Source of the DNA: an uncultured delta proteobacterium
GTDB lineage: Bacteria; Desulfobacterota; Desulfomonilia; UBA1062
Assembly: GCA_963798485.1 (NCBI GenBank)
Contig: CAWCTR010000007.1
Location: forward strand, 320,001 to 384,000
Reading direction: 5' to 3'
DNA length: 64,000 bases
The translations under genes and the position numbers were made by a program. The notes under the pieces are model-generated. The model searched no databases and was not told where the DNA came from. It saw only the letters and a list, made by a program, of their open reading frames with translations. How positions within the stretch are numbered: the stretch's first letter is position 1; the number at the start of each line of letters is the position of its first letter. This document shows positions 58,994 through 64,000 of this stretch, one piece after another.

Positions 58994-59095
58994 AGAACGG
59001 TGATGCCAGTTACAGATTCCGTGAGTAGCCATTTTTGGCTAGCTAGGTATATTCTATGTATATTCTTTTGTTGTTTAAAGATTATAACTAGGTAG

Positions 59096-59695
59096 TCATC
59101 CTTGGCTACCACTATGGCCATCTATGGCCACCCAACTTTTATAGTCATTGCTCATCATATACAACGACCAGCGACCATTTTCACGTAACTGGCTACCTTC
59201 TCGTACCTTCTTGATGAATCCCTTCTCTTCCAGTTCATCCATTCCCCTGCTGTAGGATCTGTCACTAATTCCGAGGACGATGTTAGCCTTGGCCATGGGA
59301 AGCGCATAGGGGCCATCCTTGTAAATTCTATTACCATCTTCATAATAAAACTCTCTCTCTTTTAGAAAATGGATAAGCAGCTTCACGGCAGTAAAGGTCA
59401 GTGATATGAACGCAACTGAGTAGAGTAATTCGGCTTCTAAAACGGCATATCGATTAGTCATCCACTTCGGATCTATGTTGCTTGATTCTGCACCAATTGC
59501 CTCCCCCCCTGCTGCCCCGAGGGTCTCCATTGACACAGGTGGAACTGTCTCCACTGCTGTAGTAGAGATACAAGACTCCTCTGGTGCTTTGCCGTAAACC
59601 TGCTTGATGGCAGATGATATTTGCTCATCAGTGCAGGGTCTCAGGGTTTCCCCTTTCCATTTGGGATAGAAAGATCTCCCCATGCTCTGTACCAT
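59096..59695 (-). CDS. Winged-helix replication-type protein, N-terminally disrupted
   Basis: LGISDRSYSRGMDELEEKGFI wHTH; open frame extends upstream with PriCT-like FRLC.QLKENG.SEDEA. Confidence 0.5.
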   Translation of the reverse strand: MVQSMGRSFYPKWKGETLRPCTDEQISSAIKQVYGKAPEESCISTTAVETVPPVSMETLGAAGGEAIGAESSNIDPKWMTNRYAVLEAELLYSVAFISLTFTAVKLLIHFLKEREFYYEDGNRIYKDGPYALPMAKANIVLGISDRSYSRGMDELEEKGFIKKVREGSQLRENGRWSLYMMSNDYKSWVAIDGHSGSQG

Positions 59696-60066
59696 GTACT
59701 GCTTTGCCTCATCTTCGGAGCACCCATTTTCCTTAAGCTGGCATGTGCATAATCTGAAGTGCTGGATCTTTCTGGGCTTGTGTCTTCATTCTTCATTATT
59801 TCCCCTCCATTTGATGTAACAGTTCATCAAGTTTCGCTTCGATCTCTTCTGGCATTGGTCGTGTTGCCTCCGCTCATGAGGTAGTCATCTACAATCGTGA
59901 GAGCGATTCTTCTTCTGGCAGCATCATTGCTCTTCCTTGCTACGACTATCTCAAGCCTGTTCTTTGACTCATGAACCCGTGATAAAAACTCTTCGATTCT
60001 CACTCATGTCCCCCTTGGCTTGTAGGTAACATTTTAAATATATGTTACCGTTAAGAATAAAAAAAA

Positions 60067-60773
60067 TCACTCTCCCTTTTTTCTCGTTAAGTTAATGAAG
60101 TTCTTCATTGTCCTTATCGCATAGCTGATCACCTCCTTATCAAGATCTCCCAATGAGATCTTCTTCATCCTTTCTTGGCTTACATCAATCATGAACTCCA
60201 CATATTCCTTGGTAAGGCGTTGGGGATCTCTCAATAGATTTCCCAAAGAGCAGCTTATCAAGAGCAAGTATAAGCTCTTCTCTTTGCTGTCTCGTTGTTC
60301 CGAGTCATCTGATCTATTGCCCAGATCATGAGCATTCCCCTGACCTTCATTCCTATGCCGTTGAAGTCCTGTATGATGAAGTTATCAACTAAGCGTTTAA
60401 CAAGGGCTGGGCCAACAACTTCTTCGTAATTATCTTCATTAACATTCGGATCACGATTCCTTGATTCCTCCACAATGAACTTTACCAAGTCCATCCTGAA
60501 ATCATCTATCCTCTTCATGAAGTTCTGATCTACTCGCCATTTCCGAATCACCTTGTAAGAATTCTCTGTGATCTCAGCAATTGTCATCAGATCCAGATCA
60601 GTGACCATCAGAAGGTTCGCCCTTTGCTTCTTGAACGGGTAACCAATAGGATCTCCCCTCGTAACCCCTTTACGCTCCGGTTCTACAAACGTATCCGAGT
60701 TGATGGTGAAGAACTCTTTAAGCAATGGGCCAATCAGATAGCCAGGTTCTACATCTGGTTTTAATTGTTTCAT
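60067..60773 (-). CDS. HTH-containing hypothetical protein, probably split by a frameshift near 60260
   Basis: RANLLMV..L.L.TIAE..ENSYKVIRKWR.D..F HTH-like; overlapping downstream ORF 60067-60267 has no own RBS. Confidence 0.45.
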
Positions 60774-61076
60774 CTTTAGTCACCTCATAAGTAACATATA
60801 TCATATTGCTACCCAGATGATATGCAAGACATGTGCCAAGTGATCTAGCCTAGTAATATTGGTAGGTTATAAAATGAAAGATGAAGAATCTGGAAAAAAA
60901 CGTACATGTATGATTACGAAATCATACACCTCATATCATTATGTGCAGAAAGAATAACTACCTCTACCTCAAGATATTTACATTTGGGGCTTGGATGTTA
61001 GAACAAAATAAAGAGCAGGGGCCTTAGCCCCCATTCTTTTCAAGCTGAACTGATCTGCCTGTGCTTAAATAAAAAC

Positions 61077-61235
61077 TCAGTTGATGCCCTTCAGGATGTG
61101 ATCAATCAAGGTGACAAGGTTCGTGTATCTCTCTGTCCCCTCACAGCACTGCATCTCCATGTCATCCTTATGGTCTTGAAGAAGATCCAATAAGACTTCA
61201 ACCTGCTTGCCCATAAATGTAATACCGTTTCCCAT
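61077..61235 (-). CDS. Small 52-aa hypothetical protein
   Basis: AGGAG RBS plus MGNGITFMGKQVEVLLDLLQDHK...KGIN; GC hairpin downstream at about 61018-61031. Confidence 0.35.
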   Translation of the reverse strand: MGNGITFMGKQVEVLLDLLQDHKDDMEMQCCEGTERYTNLVTLIDHILKGIN

Positions 61236-61255
61236 AGCATTTCTCCTTGTGTGTT

Positions 61256-62268
61256 TTAATCCAGCAGGGTTGCTGCTGGGTTGTGTACTACTGATCCGCT
61301 ATTGGTAATACCCAAGACAGACCCGAACGGTCTTGTGACCACTTAGGGCCATGGTGTCACCCAAGGATTTGCCTTGTCTTCCTGCTTCAGTGACAAAGCC
61401 ACTTCTCAGGGAATGCGCTGCAAACATAGAGGCATCAAGCCCTGCCAGTTCAGCAGCGCCTCTTGACAATCCGTGTAACTGTCATATCAGTAAGGCTCGT
61501 TCCTATCTTGTGGCCTTTTGTGATACTCCTGAATATGTAGCCCTCAGAGATGCCACTTGCCTTGAGCCATGCTTCAAGGGCGAACCCTGCACGGCCAAGA
61601 ACTAGGCAAGTCAACTATCCCTGGCCTTCTTGGTCAGATCTTCGAATATGGCAAGATGATATACGTAAGCCGCCATCAATGCTGGTGAGATGTTCAAGCC
61701 TTGCCATGTGCTACTTCGGATCGTCTTCTACCACCAGAGCCGAAGGCAAATAAGATGAAGAGCTTTATCCCGAATGTCTATCAAGGATCTGGTCTGCATG
61801 GGAACAATGGCTTCCAGGAGATCACGTGTAAGAGCCTTTACCTTGCGGGGCATCTGTCCTCTCTTCACTGCTGCCTTACGAGCTTTTGACAGCAGGGTGG
61901 ATATTTCCTTCTCCCTGCAAGGATTGTGTACCTTCATGGCTTCATGAGCTGCGGAAAGAGCAAGCGATACGCCTACAGATAGTATTAAGGCTGTGCGTTC
62001 CAGTCTTCGCTTTGATGCCGATAGATACAAGGTGCCCGTCAAGGGCATCACTCATGCCATACAGATGGTCTGTGATGAAGCGTACGAGAAGGCCAAGAGG
62101 TACAGGGTATTCCATATCGAACCCTGCTGCAATCTTTGACCACGCTTTAAAGTATTCAATGTCAGACCTGTAAGCCTTGCGGGTGTTATCTGCGGTACCT
62201 TCGTCCAGGATGGTCTTCACCCTTGATGCAACTTCAATGGAGATTGTTGTTCTCTGCATGGTGCTCAA
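61256..62268 (-). pseudogene. Multiply frameshifted TnpS/Cre-like tyrosine recombinase
   Basis: ADNTRKAYRSD, NPC, DIRDKAL, then AHSLRSGFVTEAGRQG...LSGHKT...GYY and NPAA.LL across different frames. Confidence 0.8.
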
Positions 62269-62316
62269 TCAGCATGTTTTCAGTCATGTTGTACCCTCTC
62301 TTTTTACGTTCGATAA

Positions 62317-62336
62317 TGTGATCGTTAACGATCACA
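62317..62336. promoter_or_regulatory. Perfect 20-bp palindrome, candidate recombinase binding/res site
   Basis: TGTGATCGTTAACGATCACA upstream of the TnpS-like pseudogene. Confidence 0.55.
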
Positions 62337-63170
62337 ATAATCTAATTTACGAAGATATAGCAGTAACGTAATGACATGATATGTCAATGCGAAGATCTTG
62401 ACTAACAGATGGATCATCATTATATTGAGAGGTATGGAAAGGAGACTGAAGATAGATCTATTGCCTAAGTCATGAACGGGGATGCTAGGGGAGATTTTGA
62501 GAGGCTCTGTAGATAACCATGCATGGTGAGGATGATAAGCATGGCATGAACGAGATCGTATGAAGTACCAAGCTGGACAGAACTTCTTAAGAGATTGAAG
62601 AACTTGACTGTAGACGTATATCAGAAGCTTGATGATATGATCGATGATGCTTTGCTGAGATTATCTTAAGAAGCACGAACCTCATGCAAAGAAGTGATCA
62701 TGTATGTAGCTTGATAGAGCGATGATAATGAGTTGAGATGATGTCCTTGGTGAGGGTAGGGAGTGCAGCGAAGGCTTACCATCGAGCTATTAACGAGCTG
62801 GAATATGTGTTGTAAGGACTGTGATGTTCCTTCGGAGTGAACTTGATGAACTTCTTACCAGCAGGGGAGGAGCATCCCGGACAACCAGGGAGAAAAGGAC
62901 GATTCTCTGACACTATGGCCTATTAGATCAGTACCCCCCCCCATGACCGTCGCAGAAAGGGGGGTAATGCATGAGTCTCCTATTATGTATCCCTATGCAC
63001 ACGCTCGCCTGTCTGAGATCAATCCAAAAAAAATTTCAATCCCTATCGCATTTAAAACCCTGTCAGTGCTGTAATGATACCGTAGCTCTAGTTTTCAAAG
63101 CTATGAATGGGCTTCCGAAATAGGGACGGTTAACACCCGTGATGAGTCGCAGCGGTTTTCGGAAGGGCTT

Positions 63171-63401
63171 CTATCTCTCGATGGACAACGGGCATAGCTC
63201 AGCCACACCTACAGTTATTGCCGCTTCGCTGCCAGCGCAGTTGTAATAACAGATCTTGTTCATGCCCGATATCTGCTCTCCGGTTTTAAAGCAAAGAATG
63301 CCCGTGGGCCTATCGTTGGAATCCAACCGATTAAGGCTCGCAGGTGAGCTAAGGACAGTAAACATTATGAGTGCTACCAAAACCATTCTGATGATTTTCA
63401 T
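63171..63401 (-). CDS. Small secreted 4-Cys protein
   Basis: GGAGG RBS, signal peptide, CFKTGEQISGMNKICYYNC...LCPLSI. Confidence 0.7.
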   Translation of the reverse strand: MKIIRMVLVALIMFTVLSSPASLNRLDSNDRPTGILCFKTGEQISGMNKICYYNCAGSEAAITVGVAELCPLSIER

Positions 63402-63441
63402 TTGTCCTCCTCTATTGACCTATATGCAAGATGTTCATGAA

Positions 63442-63954
63442 TTAAATTGAATCCTTGTGCTTGATTGTCACAGTGAGCATACGAACTTCTATATTCATAT
63501 CCATTTCTAATAACTTGTTTCCTATGATTTTTTGCTCTTTCTGTCCTGTTGAAGTCACACGTTTAAAAGCATTTGTAAACCAATCTGAATCTGAATCATC
63601 CTCCAATTCAGGTGCAACATTCTTAACAAACCTCATCATCTTAGCTAAGTTTTCAAGTCTAACATGAGCATCATCTGGAAGACCGATGGCAAGTGATGCT
63701 CTTGAAACATTATCCCTATTCCCTGTTATTTCCAACCTCGCATGATCACCTGGTGCATTTCCACCGTAACAAGGCAGACCACGAACATCATCCAATTTAA
63801 CCATGGGGAAATCCTGGCCGATATATCTCATTATCTGATCATATGAAATTCCAATGGGTAATAATTTTTTTGTTTGAGCATTGGCATTTGAAGATGTCAA
63901 TGCTGTGAGCAAAAAGCAAGTTATTCCAAATATCAAAATGACTCTATTCCGCAC
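63442..63954 (-). CDS. Secreted hypothetical protein
   Basis: AAGGAG RBS, GTG start, signal ending ANA-Q, intact 170-aa ORF. Confidence 0.65.
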   Translation of the reverse strand: MRNRVILIFGITCFLLTALTSSNANAQTKKLLPIGISYDQIMRYIGQDFPMVKLDDVRGLPCYGGNAPGDHARLEITGNRDNVSRASLAIGLPDDAHVRLENLAKMMRFVKNVAPELEDDSDSDWFTNAFKRVTSTGQKEQKIIGNKLLEMDMNIEVRMLTVTIKHKDSI

Positions 63955-64000
63955 GACAGACTCTCCTTACATAACTTATTTGTGTTTACATTTAACACAT

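Larger units (their letters stand above)
56588..64000. mobile_element. Left part of a decaying genomic island/phage-satellite-like element integrated at tRNA-Met
   Basis: Integrase converging on the tRNA 3' end, att-like repeats, replication relics, many frameshifted ORFs; right end not in window. Confidence 0.8.

Noticed and set aside
62434-62880. Decayed plus-strand coding-like sequence (possible tnpT partner)
   Set aside because: Stops in all frames and no motif I can recognise, so no product can be assigned
1-64000. CRISPR array, rRNA genes, reverse transcriptase/DGR template-variable repeats, IS transposases
   Set aside because: None seen; the Avd-related four-helix-bundle gene has no RT or TR/VR pair nearby, so it is not called a DGR
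56588-64000. attR copy of the tRNA-Met 3' end
   Set aside because: No direct repeat of the tRNA 3' end found by eye; the island boundary must lie beyond the window or be lost

Overview
Bacterial chromosomal window, most likely Desulfobacterota/'Deltaproteobacteria' (inferred from gene content and order only). 1-35.7 kb is core genome: Bax-like glucosaminidase, polysaccharide deacetylase, lipase plus a lipase-foldase remnant behind a GTAG-type REP, paaK, pgk-tpiA-secG, a 2-oxoacid:ferredoxin oxidoreductase operon, two radical SAM genes, radC, lpxC-ntrY-ntrX, tatB/C with a Btu/FecCD-type ABC importer, a sigma54-preceded pair of small membrane proteins, and flhBAFG-fliA-cheY followed by HEAT/HDOD/CheR/receiver genes. 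35.8-52.9 kb is an AT-richer Wzx/Wzy O-antigen/surface-polysaccharide locus with several gene remnants and a frameshifted epimerase. 53-56.6 kb is tadA, two tRNA-Ser, SRP RNA, dnaX, a P1 peptidase and tRNA-Met(CAT). From about 56.6 kb to the window end is a decaying island integrated at tRNA-Met, with an atypical tyrosine integrase, replication-module relics and a TnpS-like pseudogene. Best candidate for an undescribed system: a four-helix-bundle (IVS/Avd-like) gene inserted between two sugar-pathway genes and bracketed by inverted heptamer arrays (20/23 nt match), with a competing local hairpin next to its start codon. All protein family calls come from motif recognition by eye; no database searches were run.
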